Positions 18,293 to 27,439 of a DNA stretch of 46,413 nucleotides are shown piece by piece. Within the stretch, counting starts at the first letter, position 1; every line of letters begins with the position of its first letter. The notes beneath the pieces were generated by a model that did no database searches, was not told where the DNA came from, and worked only from the letters and a program-made list of their open reading frames with translations. The position numbers and the translations under genes were made by a program. The stretch is from Actinomycetota bacterium (GTDB taxonomy: Bacteria; Actinomycetota; AC-67): contig DATLFO010000104.1 of assembly GCA_035541035.1 (NCBI GenBank), positions 1 through 46,413 on the forward strand, given 5' to 3'.

Positions 18293-19723
18293 TCAGCCGA
18301 TCTTCGGCAAACCGTAGGTGGCGGCGCGGCGCATCAGGTCAGCGGCGCCTTCCGGCACGATGTTTCCGGCCGCCAGCGCCGCGTCCACCGCGGCCTGCAG
18401 CCGGCTCAGGTAGTCGCCGGGCGTCGGATACAGCGCCGCGAGTTTCGCGCCGTCGAACACCTCGGTCATGCCGGTGAGCGGAAGCCGGCCCCCGGCCTGG
18501 CTGCACGGCGTCGGGTTCGATGCGCCGCCGCCGTAGTAGGTCGCAATGGGCACATCGATCACCGGGGAGCGCACCCCGCCGAGCAGGTTGCCGTGCTCGT
18601 CGTAGGCGCGGGCGCCGTTCACCCGCAACGCGCGAGGCTTCGGCGCCGGCGCAACCCCCGTGCGAACCCAGTTGTCCAGCGCGACCAGCGCCGCGGACGC
18701 GACGTAGCTCAGCGGATAGTAATTGCGGTTGTTGCACGTGCCGGCGATCAGCTGCGACCCCCAGTTCCCGTGTGCTTCTTCGTCGTAGGGGTCGCCGCTG
18801 ACGCCGTTCGAGTGGGAGTACACGTACACGGCGTTCTCGTACGACGAATATTCGTTGGTCGTGTGCGCGGGGCCTGCGACCTCCCACAGGCGGAACAGGC
18901 CGCTGTCGGCGGGGACGTCGGTGTTGCCGATCTCGGACGAGGAGTTGAACCACAGCACGGGCGCCACGTCGCGGCGTACGCTGCCCGCGCCCGAGACCTG
19001 CGGCTGGAAGCCGTCGAAGACGCCGTGGTGCTCCTGCCAAGTGTTGATGTAGGTGTTGAGGCGTCCGCCGGACTGCGACGCGCCGAGCGCGAGCCGCCGC
19101 TCGACCTTCGGCCGCAACGATCCGAGAACCTTCGGATCCAGCACCGCCTCGGCGGCCTGCGAGAAGATGTCGAACGAGTAGGTGTCGCCGGGATGCGACA
19201 GCGTCTCGTATCGCACCGGATCCCATTGCTTGAGCGCGAGCGGGCTTGCCTCGATCGCCAGCAGCTGCGCGGCGACCGCGACGTAGACGTAGCCGCGGGT
19301 CATGATCGTTCGGTGCATCGGCAGCCACGACACATCGGTGTCGTCCGGGACCGTAACGTTGGTCCAATCGATCAGCACGGTGCCGTTGAAGGCGGCGGGA
19401 TCGGCCGGCCGGCGAACCAGGATGCGCGACGCGTACGGCGTGGTGCGGGCTCCCGTCGGGGTCGAGGCGGCGGTGCCGCGGAAGAAGAACTCCTCCTCGA
19501 CATACCCGTTGGCCAGCGCAACCAGCGAGGTGCGGTACGGCTTTCCCGTTCGAATTCCGACACCGTGAGGAATCGGGCCTTCCACGACCGGTTGCGCGAC
19601 GATGGCGCTGGGCTGCACCGGCCACGACGGGCTCGTGGAGCCAGGGGCGGCCACTCCGAGCGTCAAGGCCAGAGCGAGGGCGGAGGCGATCAGGCGAATG
19701 GCTGGGACGGCTGCGGAGGGCAT
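18293..19723 (-). CDS. Secreted alpha/beta hydrolase domain protein (Abhydrolase_10-like), paralogue B
   Basis: AAGGAG sits 7 nt before ATG 19723. Signal peptide MPSAAVPAIRLIASALALALTLGVAAPG. It is collinear with paralogue A over its full length (HPGDTYSFDIFSQAAEA, GASQSGG). Confidence 0.75.
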   Translation of the reverse strand: MPSAAVPAIRLIASALALALTLGVAAPGSTSPSWPVQPSAIVAQPVVEGPIPHGVGIRTGKPYRTSLVALANGYVEEEFFFRGTAASTPTGARTTPYASRILVRRPADPAAFNGTVLIDWTNVTVPDDTDVSWLPMHRTIMTRGYVYVAVAAQLLAIEASPLALKQWDPVRYETLSHPGDTYSFDIFSQAAEAVLDPKVLGSLRPKVERRLALGASQSGGRLNTYINTWQEHHGVFDGFQPQVSGAGSVRRDVAPVLWFNSSSEIGNTDVPADSGLFRLWEVAGPAHTTNEYSSYENAVYVYSHSNGVSGDPYDEEAHGNWGSQLIAGTCNNRNYYPLSYVASAALVALDNWVRTGVAPAPKPRALRVNGARAYDEHGNLLGGVRSPVIDVPIATYYGGGASNPTPCSQAGGRLPLTGMTEVFDGAKLAALYPTPGDYLSRLQAAVDAALAAGNIVPEGAADLMRRAATYGLPKIG

Positions 19724-19770
19724 GATGTGTCTCCTTGGGGGGCGTCCGAGTAGCTCACACATATATTCCG

Positions 19771-19838
19771 TGAAGGAAAGCGCTGCCCCTTTGAAGGAAA
19801 ACCGAATTTTGGAACGAAAGATTGATCGAAATGATCAA
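19771..19838. promoter_or_regulatory. Divergent control region: two TGAAGGAAA direct repeats plus a TTGATC-N5-GATCAA palindrome over the PucR start
   Basis: TGAAGGAAA occurs at 19771-19779 and 19792-19800, a 21-nt period. The palindrome TTGATCGAAATGATCAA lies at 19822-19838. This is the locally most AT-rich stretch of the window. Confidence 0.4.
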
Positions 19839-21036
19839 AGCAGAGCCCGAAGCTCCCGTGTGGACCGTTCGTGCCCCGAAAGGCTGGGCTCCCGTGGCCG
19901 AGGTCTGCCGTACGGTCTTCGACGACATCGCGGCCGTCACCCTGCGCATCAACGGCATCATCGAACGCTCGATCCGCGACTTCGCACCGTCCGAGAGCCC
20001 GTTCACGCACGAGGACCGGTTCCGCTCCTCGCGAGGGATGATCGCCGGCTTCTTGCAGGCCGTCGCCGAGAACCGCGACATCCACGAGCGCGACATCGCC
20101 TTCGCCCATCTGGTGGGACAGCAGAGCGCGCTCAAAGGATTCCCGCTGCCGCCGCTGATCGACTCGCTCTACACCGCCTACCGCGAGGTGTGGGCCGAGC
20201 TGGTGGCCGCCGCAGGCCGTGCGCCCGGCACCGCGGACGAGCTGCTGCGAGAGGCCGGCGCGACGATCTGGGAGCGGATGCACGCGCTCACCACCGCCGT
20301 CACCGCCGGCTACCACCGTCAGATGCCGCGGCCCGAAGCGCTCGAGATCCGCATCGCCGGACAGTTCGTGAAGGCGATCGCGACCGATCCGGCATCCGAG
20401 GAAGCGCGGTCGCTGGCCATCGACCTCGGCTTCAATGCGGAAGGATCGTTTCGCGTCGCGGCCATCGCCGAGCCGGCCGCCGCGGTCGAGGCGTCGCGCC
20501 GGATCGCGCGCGCGGCACAGATGGCGGGAGCCGTCGCGATCGCCGCGGCTCGGGGCGGCGCGTCGGTGCTCGTCGTGCAAGGCATGCGCGAGGACGACCT
20601 CGCGGCGCTGATCGCCCGAGAGGCATCCGAAGCGCCGGCGGGCATGAGCTTGACCGCCGAGTCGATCGGCGGCATCGGCGCGGCGCTGACGCAGGCCGAG
20701 TGCGCGCTACGCCTCGCGGGGCACGGGGGCGGCCTGCGCCGCTTCGCCGACGAATGGTTTCTGGCCGCGCCGCTGATCATGCGCGAGGACATGGAGCGGC
20801 TGCTGCGCCCCGCGATCGAGCTGTGCCGCAGCAAGCCGCATCTCGCCTCGGCTGTGCGGGCGTTCTCAGCGCACGGGTTCTCCCTTGCGGCGGCCGCCGG
20901 AGAGCTGGCCGTGACCCAGTCCACGGTCCGATACCGGCTCAAGCGCTGGCACGCGATCACCGCATGGGACCCGTGGACGTTCCACGGTTTGGCGAACTCC
21001 ATCCTGGCCTTCGAGCTGGCCGGCACAAGCCGATAG
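19822..21036 (+). CDS. PucR-family transcriptional regulator
   Basis: The C-terminal PucR-type HTH is AAAAGELAVTQSTVRYRLKRWHAITAWDP. The start is TTG 19822 or ATG 19831. Confidence 0.75.
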   Translation: MIEMIKAEPEAPVWTVRAPKGWAPVAEVCRTVFDDIAAVTLRINGIIERSIRDFAPSESPFTHEDRFRSSRGMIAGFLQAVAENRDIHERDIAFAHLVGQQSALKGFPLPPLIDSLYTAYREVWAELVAAAGRAPGTADELLREAGATIWERMHALTTAVTAGYHRQMPRPEALEIRIAGQFVKAIATDPASEEARSLAIDLGFNAEGSFRVAAIAEPAAAVEASRRIARAAQMAGAVAIAAARGGASVLVVQGMREDDLAALIAREASEAPAGMSLTAESIGGIGAALTQAECALRLAGHGGGLRRFADEWFLAAPLIMREDMERLLRPAIELCRSKPHLASAVRAFSAHGFSLAAAAGELAVTQSTVRYRLKRWHAITAWDPWTFHGLANSILAFELAGTSR

Positions 21037-21166
21037 TCCCCTCGGCGGCCAGCCGCGGGAGGAACGCGGCAGCCACGGCATAGCGACGCCGGCTGCGGCT
21101 GCTCTGCTCGGCCCCAGCGTGGGCCGGCCCAATGATCTCCTGGCCACCCCGCGCTAAGATGCATTC

Positions 21167-21192
21167 GACGGCCGCCGTTTCCGGCGGCCGTC
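21167..21192 (+). other. Perfect 11-bp stem-loop between the PucR and VIT1 genes (terminator or leader element)
   Basis: GACGGCCGCCG-TTTC-CGGCGGCCGTC lies 131 nt after the PucR stop and 63 nt before the VIT1 start. Confidence 0.4.
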
Positions 21193-21254
21193 GCGCATGT
21201 ACGGCATCGCGTCAAGGGATCCTTTCACCGGATCTCAAGGGGGCAGACGAAACG

Positions 21255-22400
21255 ATGGCAGGCCACGTGGTGGAGAAACAGGCCGATCCGAAGACGCTCG
21301 CCGAGTGGAAGCATCACTGGCGCGACGAGTCCGACGCGGCGTTCCTGTACGGCGTGCTCGCCGACGTCGAGACCGACGAGCGCCGCCGCGAGTTCTTCCG
21401 GCGCTTCGTCGAGCTGGAGACCCGCCACGTCGAGGCCTGGGCCGACCTGCTGCGCCGCAACGGCGTCGAAGTCGGCAAGCTCGCCAAGCCCACCGCGCGC
21501 ACGCGCCTGACCGCGTGGCTCGCCCGCCGCTTCGGCCCCGCCTTCCTGCTCAACATGCTGCACCGCCAGGAGGGCCAGGAGGTCCGCACGTATCTGAAGC
21601 TGCACGAGTCCTCACCCGCGGGCCGCGCGAAGGACACGGCGCTCACGCTCGCGCAAGAGTCGGCCGGCCACGCCGAGGACCTGCGCAAGATGTCGTCGGG
21701 CGACGGCGAGTCGTGGCACCGCACCGGTGCGGGCGGCATGCTGCGCAACGTCGTTTACGGCTTCAACGACGGGCTGACCGCGAACTTCGGGCTGGTCGCC
21801 GGCGTCGTGGGCGCGTCGGCGTCAACGTCGGATCACCACAACGTTCTGGTCGCGGGCATCGCCGGCGTCGTCGCCGGGGCGATGTCGATGGCCTCCTCGG
21901 GCTACCTGGCCGCCAAGAGCGAGCAAGAGGTACACGATCACGAGATCGCGCTGGAGCGCCAAGAGATCGAGCTGATGCCCGAAGCGGAGGAGGAAGAACT
22001 CGCGCTGATCTACGAAGCGCGCGGCATCGAGCCCGAACGCGCGCGCAAGCTCGCCGCCGACGTGATGCGCGATCCGGAGCGCGCGCTGGAAGAGAAGGTG
22101 CGCGAGGAGCTCGGCATCGGCGAGCCGCACACCACGCCGGTCAAGGAAGGCGCGCTCACCGGCGTCGCTACCGCGATCGGCTCGTTCCTGCCGGTGTTTC
22201 CGTTCATGGTCTTCGACGGCGTGACTGCGATCTGGGTTTCGTTCGTGGTCGCGATGGCCTCGCACTTCGGCGTCGGCGGCATGCGCAGCGTCTTCACCGG
22301 CCGCGGCCTGATCCGTAGCGGCATCGACATGTTCATCGTCGGCCTCGGTGTCGCCGTCGCCGGCTACTTCGTCGGCGAATGGATCACCGAGCTGCTGTAG
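21255..22400 (+). CDS. Ferritin-like domain fused to a VIT1/CCC1-family iron/manganese transporter
   Basis: AAGGGGG SD before ATG 21255. The N-terminal four-helix ferritin-like region is WRDESDAAFLYGVLA...ETRHVEAW. The VIT1 signature is VYGFNDGLTANFGLVAGV, followed by C-terminal TM helices. Confidence 0.8.
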   Translation: MAGHVVEKQADPKTLAEWKHHWRDESDAAFLYGVLADVETDERRREFFRRFVELETRHVEAWADLLRRNGVEVGKLAKPTARTRLTAWLARRFGPAFLLNMLHRQEGQEVRTYLKLHESSPAGRAKDTALTLAQESAGHAEDLRKMSSGDGESWHRTGAGGMLRNVVYGFNDGLTANFGLVAGVVGASASTSDHHNVLVAGIAGVVAGAMSMASSGYLAAKSEQEVHDHEIALERQEIELMPEAEEEELALIYEARGIEPERARKLAADVMRDPERALEEKVREELGIGEPHTTPVKEGALTGVATAIGSFLPVFPFMVFDGVTAIWVSFVVAMASHFGVGGMRSVFTGRGLIRSGIDMFIVGLGVAVAGYFVGEWITELL

Positions 22401-23172
22401 CGCGCTTGCGGAAGTAGGTCCAGCTGGTTTCGTTCGGCTGGGTGAACTCGCGCGGGGCTTCGGCGAACTGCGGACCGCCGGCTTCGATCTCGTCGCGTAC
22501 GAGCGGCGGCAGATCCGTGTAGCCGCCGGCGAGCTTGGCGCCCCGGCCGTGATAGACCAGCATTCCGGGCCGATCCCCCATCCACATCCACGGCAGCCAC
22601 GGACCCAGTCGCGTCCACGACACCTGGCTCGGCACGTCCGGGTTGGATTCGTCGTCCACGTGGCTTCGCTTGCAAAAGAACTGGAACAACTCGGCCGCCT
22701 GATACAGGTCCGACTGCGAATTCTCGGGGAATTCCGCGCGCGGCAGCGGCGACGGATAGGCAAGGAACACGTCCACGTTGAAGAATAGGTCGTCGCCGGC
22801 CTGGCTGACGGGAACGTTCCACGGCCCGTAGTGGCCTTGCAGGCGCATCTGCTGGTTAACCGGGTCGTTCCAGATGTGCAGCACATCGACGCTCTCTTGG
22901 TTGAGCGGGTTGTCGAATGTGCGCAGGATCTCGCCGGTGCGAAGGTCGGTGTAGAAGACCGCCTCGCGGGTCAGCAAGTCGTAGCCGCCGTCGGCCTCGA
23001 CCACGCGCGAGACGTTATAGCCCTCGAAGCCGAAGAGCGGCCGGCCGCGCTCGCCGGGCAGCCATGCGTGGGTCGTGCCCTTGAACCAGGTGACGCTGTC
23101 GCTGCCGTCCAGCGACGAGCGCACGCGCAGGAACGCGTCCATGTTCTGCTTCGGATCGGTCAGGTCCACCAT
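22384..23172 (-). CDS. DUF1838-like hypothetical protein
   Basis: ATG 23172 (MVDLTDPKQNMDAF...) overlaps the upstream stop by 1 nt (TGATG). The part of the listed 394-aa ORF upstream of this lies out of frame over the neighbouring gene. The family name is from memory only. Confidence 0.55.
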   Translation of the reverse strand: MVDLTDPKQNMDAFLRVRSSLDGSDSVTWFKGTTHAWLPGERGRPLFGFEGYNVSRVVEADGGYDLLTREAVFYTDLRTGEILRTFDNPLNQESVDVLHIWNDPVNQQMRLQGHYGPWNVPVSQAGDDLFFNVDVFLAYPSPLPRAEFPENSQSDLYQAAELFQFFCKRSHVDDESNPDVPSQVSWTRLGPWLPWMWMGDRPGMLVYHGRGAKLAGGYTDLPPLVRDEIEAGGPQFAEAPREFTQPNETSWTYFRKRATAAR

Positions 23173-23615
23173 CACACGACCCGCGTCTCGTCGATGATCG
23201 AACGCTGGAACAGCACGCCGTCCTTGAACCAGTGCCACGTGCGGGAGCGGTTCTGCGCGGCGTCGTCGAGCGAGATCATCTCGTAGAGGTAGATGCCGGG
23301 CGACTGCACGTAGACCCAGTGCAGCACGATCGTGCGGTCGTCCACCTCCCACGCGTGCCCGTTGATGCGGTCGGTGTCGAACCAGATCTTGCGGTCCTTG
23401 TACGCCGCGGGAAACTCGATCGTTTCGGTCCGTCCGTCGTCCCAGGTGTAGTCGTTGACCTGGTAGTAGGGCGGGTCCCCGCTTTCGGGGAACGAGCACG
23501 TGAGATGCGAGCGGTGACGATCGGTGACGGTCCCGTCGCGCGCGATGACGGTGTAGGTCCCCTCCCACTCGCCTTCGTGCCGCGCGAGCAGCGGCATCTC
23601 GTCCTTGATTCCCAT
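23172..23615 (-). CDS. Hypothetical 147-aa protein (Trp/Tyr-rich, probably a beta-barrel/calycin-like fold)
   Basis: GGGGAGG SD, high GC3, and translational coupling to the DUF1838-like gene. LLARHEGEWEGTYTV is an N-terminal motif reminiscent of lipocalin-like barrels. Confidence 0.55.
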   Translation of the reverse strand: MGIKDEMPLLARHEGEWEGTYTVIARDGTVTDRHRSHLTCSFPESGDPPYYQVNDYTWDDGRTETIEFPAAYKDRKIWFDTDRINGHAWEVDDRTIVLHWVYVQSPGIYLYEMISLDDAAQNRSRTWHWFKDGVLFQRSIIDETRVV

Positions 23616-23687
23616 GAAGACCGGCCTCCCCGAGCGCTACGCGTGCCGGGATCTTGATCCATTCCGGGGAACCGAGTCAACGCCCGG

Positions 23688-25103
23688 TCAGCGAAGATGC
23701 GGGTACCACCACGGGTCGGGCCGTTGCGCGTCGCTGATCAGGAAGGCCTGCCGGCGGCCGAAGCGTCGCAGCGCTGCCGGGCCCATCCGCGACCCGCCCA
23801 TGCCGCTGAAGTTGAACGAGCTCTTTTCGCCGTCGTAGACGAGCGCGGTCAGCGCGGCGTCGTTGATCGAAATCCCGCCCGCGTCGATGCGGCGTGCGAC
23901 GCCGAGCGCCTCATCGGCGTCACCGAACACCGCGCCGCTGAGGCCGTACCGCGTGTCGTTGGCAAGCCGGACTGCCTCGTCGGCGTCGGTGAAGGACATC
24001 ACCGGGATGACCGGCCCGAACGTCTCTTCGGTCATGACCTTCATCTCGTGCGTCACGCCGGTGAGCACGGTCGGCTTCAGGTACGAGCCGCCGCCGTGCT
24101 CTTCGATCTCGCCCCCGGTGTGCGCGGTCGCGCCGCGCGCGAGCGCGTCCTGCAGGTGCGCGGCGATCACCTCGATCTGCTTCGCGGCGATGATCGGCCC
24201 GATGTCGCCGGCGTCGGGCTCGGGAACGGCCAGGCGCACGCTCTTGGCCTTGTCCACCAGCCGATCTACGAAGTCGTCGAAGACGGACTCGTGCACGTAA
24301 ACGCGCTCGATCGACTGGCACGACTGACCTGCGTTCGCGGTCGAGCCCCACAGGATCGCGCTCGATGCCCGGTCCAGGTCCGCCGACGGCAGCACGATGG
24401 CCGGATCCTTGCCGCCGAGCTCGAGGAACGCGGGGATGAACCGTTTCGCGGCCCGGGCGGCGATCTTCGTGCCTGTGGCGACGCTGCCGGTGAAGCAAAC
24501 GACATCGCTTCGGTCCACGATCGCCTCTCCGGCCGAGCCGTCGCCGGCGACGATCGCGACGACGTTCTCCATGGCCGGGACCGTGGCGACGGTGGCGGCG
24601 AGCGGCTCGATGAAGCGCGGCGCGATCTCGCTCGGCTTGATCACCACCGCGCAGCCCGCGACGAGCGCGGGAACCGCGTCGATCAGGGCGAGCAGCAGCG
24701 GGAAGTTCCACGGGCTGATCACGCCCGCGACCGGATACGGCCGCATGCCCTGCTCGAGGTCGATACCCGGGATTGATGCGGGCCGGCGCTCGGTCCCGGC
24801 GAGCAGGTCGGGCGCGAGGGAGCACCAACGCTCGATCATGCGCAGCGCCGCATCGACTTCCATCTCGGATTCGACGCGGCGGCCGGTATCGGCCATGAGC
24901 GCCGCGGTGATCTCGCCCCGCGCCATGCCGATCGCGTCACGCCAGCCGTTCAATGCGGCGGTACGAACGTCGAGCCCGCCCGCTTCCCACACGGCCTGCC
25001 CGTCGCGGAGCCGCAGGGCAAGCTCGTCGAGATCGTCGGTGGACGGTGGCTCGAACGAGTAGTCGCTTCGGCCGGTCCGCGGGTTGCGTACGTCGATCGC
25101 CAT
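23688..25103 (-). CDS. NAD(P)-dependent aldehyde dehydrogenase
   Basis: ELGGKDP (catalytic Glu) and NAGQSCQSIERVYV (catalytic Cys). The start is set at ATG 25103 (MAIDVRNPRTG...). The 114-codon upstream extension in the ORF track overlaps the CN-hydrolase gene. Confidence 0.85.
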   Translation of the reverse strand: MAIDVRNPRTGRSDYSFEPPSTDDLDELALRLRDGQAVWEAGGLDVRTAALNGWRDAIGMARGEITAALMADTGRRVESEMEVDAALRMIERWCSLAPDLLAGTERRPASIPGIDLEQGMRPYPVAGVISPWNFPLLLALIDAVPALVAGCAVVIKPSEIAPRFIEPLAATVATVPAMENVVAIVAGDGSAGEAIVDRSDVVCFTGSVATGTKIAARAAKRFIPAFLELGGKDPAIVLPSADLDRASSAILWGSTANAGQSCQSIERVYVHESVFDDFVDRLVDKAKSVRLAVPEPDAGDIGPIIAAKQIEVIAAHLQDALARGATAHTGGEIEEHGGGSYLKPTVLTGVTHEMKVMTEETFGPVIPVMSFTDADEAVRLANDTRYGLSGAVFGDADEALGVARRIDAGGISINDAALTALVYDGEKSSFNFSGMGGSRMGPAALRRFGRRQAFLISDAQRPDPWWYPHLR

Positions 25104-25110
25104 GATGCCG

Positions 25111-26139
25111 TCAGATGATTCCTTCCCCATCGAGCCGCTCGATAACGGCTTTCTGGGCATCGAGGAACCAACCGCGGCCGGGCTCCTTGCCGTCGCCGAG
25201 CCCGTTGGGCGCGAAGTGCTTCGCATCGGCGTACGACGAGGCGTAGAGATCGAACCGGCTGCGGGCGAGCATGTTGCCCATCCCGGGACGGCGCCGCGCG
25301 CGACGCAGCGACGCAAGCTCGACGGGCGCGGCGGCGACCATCGACTCCCCCGGGCCCGCCTCGATGAGCACGCGGCCTTCGTAATCGACGATCTGCGATT
25401 TGCCGTCGGTGGAGTCGCCGGGGATCGGCGAGCCTTCAATGCCACCGGTGTTCGCGCTCACGACGAAGGCCATGTTCTCGATCGCTCGCGCGCGTTTGGC
25501 CACGTCCTTGATCGTCGCCTGCGGGCTCGACGCCTCGGACGTGGAGTGGCAGAAGACCTCGGCGCCGCGCATCGCCAGACAGCGCGCCACCTCGGGGAAC
25601 AGGATCTCGTCGGAGGCGATGCACGCGAGCGTTCCGATCTCCGTGCGAAGGACCGGGAACAGCGAATCGGCGCCGTAGACCTCAAGGTACCGGTCGAGCA
25701 CGTCGTGCGGCGTCGGGGTCATGAACGAGTTCAACCGCCGGTAGCGCAACGCGAGCGCACCCGACGGGTCGAAGATCAGGCACGATTGGAAGTACAGATC
25801 CGGAAACGCCGGGTCCCGCTCGTAGAGGTTCGCGGCCAGGTACAGGGTATTCGCCTGCGCGATCGCGCCGAGCGCCTCCTCCTCGGCGCCGTCCTTGTCG
25901 ACCGCAACGCATTCGCGCCACTGATCGAACGCCTCGCCGGCCGGATGGCCCGTCAGCACGTACTCGGGAAGCACGACCAGCCGGGTGTCGGGACCGGTGA
26001 ACGCCACGCTCGCCGCGACCTGCTTGCCGATCCGGGCGATGGCGGCGCGGATGATGATCCGGCCCTGCGCCGGGTCGTCCACCCCCGAGAGGGCCCTGCA
26101 GCGTGCCTGCAGCGCAAGCGCGCGATACGACTCTTCCAC
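25111..26139 (-). CDS. Carbon-nitrogen hydrolase (nitrilase superfamily) protein, atypical
   Basis: LVVLPEY (Glu), GTLACIASDEILFPE (Cys) and RAIENMAFVVSAN motifs are present. The expected YRK motif reads YRRLN. Confidence 0.7.
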   Translation of the reverse strand: MEESYRALALQARCRALSGVDDPAQGRIIIRAAIARIGKQVAASVAFTGPDTRLVVLPEYVLTGHPAGEAFDQWRECVAVDKDGAEEEALGAIAQANTLYLAANLYERDPAFPDLYFQSCLIFDPSGALALRYRRLNSFMTPTPHDVLDRYLEVYGADSLFPVLRTEIGTLACIASDEILFPEVARCLAMRGAEVFCHSTSEASSPQATIKDVAKRARAIENMAFVVSANTGGIEGSPIPGDSTDGKSQIVDYEGRVLIEAGPGESMVAAAPVELASLRRARRRPGMGNMLARSRFDLYASSYADAKHFAPNGLGDGKEPGRGWFLDAQKAVIERLDGEGII

Positions 26140-26186
26140 CCGGGGCCCCCTTGTCGATGCGACGATGGTCCATGATATGAAACAGG

Positions 26187-26993
26187 GTGGGCGCCGGGAA
26201 GGGGGATCGCGTCATCGACACACCGGTGGACATCAGGGTTCGTGACCGCGTCGCCTTCCTGACGCTGTCCCGTCCCGAGGCGCGCAACGCGATCGACGAG
26301 GCGATGCTCGAAGCACTGCCGCCCGCGTTGCGGCGCGTCCGAGACGACCCCGACGTGAAGGCGCTCGTGATCACCGGTGCCGGTGACGCCTTTTGCATCG
26401 GCCTCGACATCGACCTGCTCGAGCGTGCATTCGACGACCCCGAGTACTTCCGCGATGTCCTCGAGCGCTTCAAGCGGATCCTCGGCGACATCGAGGCGCT
26501 GCCCGTTCCCGTCGTGGCGGCCGCCAACGGCCTGACCCGCGCGGGCGGGTTCGAGTTGATGCTGTCATGCGACCTGGCCGTGGTCGCGGCCGAGGCGCGC
26601 ATCGCCGATCATCACCTCGCCTTCGGGATCGTGCCGGGCGGCGGCTCGACGCAGCGGCTGCCTCGCAAGATCGGCGAGCAGCGGGCCCGCGAGATCATCT
26701 TCACCGGGCGCTGGCTGACCGGGGACGAGGCCGCGCACTACGGCCTTGCACTGCACGCGGCTCCGCTGACGCGGCTGGGGGATGCGGTCGAGGACGTGGT
26801 CGCGCCGCTCCGCCACCGGTCGCGAACCGCGCTGGCGGCCACGAAAGCGGCGATGAACGAAGGTGCATCGCTGCCGCTGGTGCAAGCCTTGGGGGTCGAA
26901 ACCGACGTCTTTATGAGGTACCTGACGAACGACCCGCACGCCGCCGAAGGGTTCCGCGCCTATCGGGAAGGACGTGATCCGCAATGGCCCTAG
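26187..26993 (+). CDS. Enoyl-CoA hydratase/isomerase (crotonase) family protein
   Basis: VAFLTLSRPEARNAID, VITGAGDAFCIGLD and AAANGLTRAGGFELMLSCD motifs. The start is uncertain (GTG 26187 or a downstream GTG). Confidence 0.8.
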   Translation: MGAGKGDRVIDTPVDIRVRDRVAFLTLSRPEARNAIDEAMLEALPPALRRVRDDPDVKALVITGAGDAFCIGLDIDLLERAFDDPEYFRDVLERFKRILGDIEALPVPVVAAANGLTRAGGFELMLSCDLAVVAAEARIADHHLAFGIVPGGGSTQRLPRKIGEQRAREIIFTGRWLTGDEAAHYGLALHAAPLTRLGDAVEDVVAPLRHRSRTALAATKAAMNEGASLPLVQALGVETDVFMRYLTNDPHAAEGFRAYREGRDPQWP

Positions 26994-27439
26994 AGATCTC
27001 CAGCTTCGAGGCGTTCGCGCCGGGCACGTCGTTCACTACGCCGTCTCTGCACATCGACGAAAGCGATGCGGCCGAACTGATCCGCATCGGCGGCTACGTG
27101 CATCCGCTGTTCACCGACCCGACCTATGCGGCCGATAGCGTTTTCGGCCGCTCACCGCTTCCGGGCGAGGCGGTGCTGCATGCGATGGGCGGACTCGCCG
27201 AACGCTCGGGCCGGTTCGACGAGTCCGTCGTCGCGTTGCTGGGCTTCGACGCCGTGCGCTTCCACGCGCCCGCCTTTCCCGGCGACACGCTGCACATGAG
27301 CGTCGAGGTGATCCGGCGCGAGGCGCGGCCCAACGGCAAGCGCGGAGAAGTCGTGATGGCGTGGCGTTGCCGCAACGAGCGCGGCGAACTGCTCTGCGAT
27401 GCGACGGCGCGAATGCTGTTTCGTCTGCCTCACGCGTAG
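26984..27439 (+). CDS. MaoC-like (R)-hydratase / hot-dog fold protein
   Basis: 151 aa with a typical MaoC dehydratase layout (...YVHPLFTDP...GDTLHMSVEV...). It overlaps the crotonase stop by 10 nt. Confidence 0.7.
   Translation: MALEISSFEAFAPGTSFTTPSLHIDESDAAELIRIGGYVHPLFTDPTYAADSVFGRSPLPGEAVLHAMGGLAERSGRFDESVVALLGFDAVRFHAPAFPGDTLHMSVEVIRREARPNGKRGEVVMAWRCRNERGELLCDATARMLFRLPHA

Noticed and set aside
21037-21254. Possible yybP-ykoY manganese riboswitch or Fur/IdeR box upstream of the VIT1 transporter.
   Set aside because: No GGGGAGUAG / UUGACA-type conserved blocks and no AT-rich iron-box-like dyad. Only a generic perfect 11-bp hairpin (21167-21192) is present.
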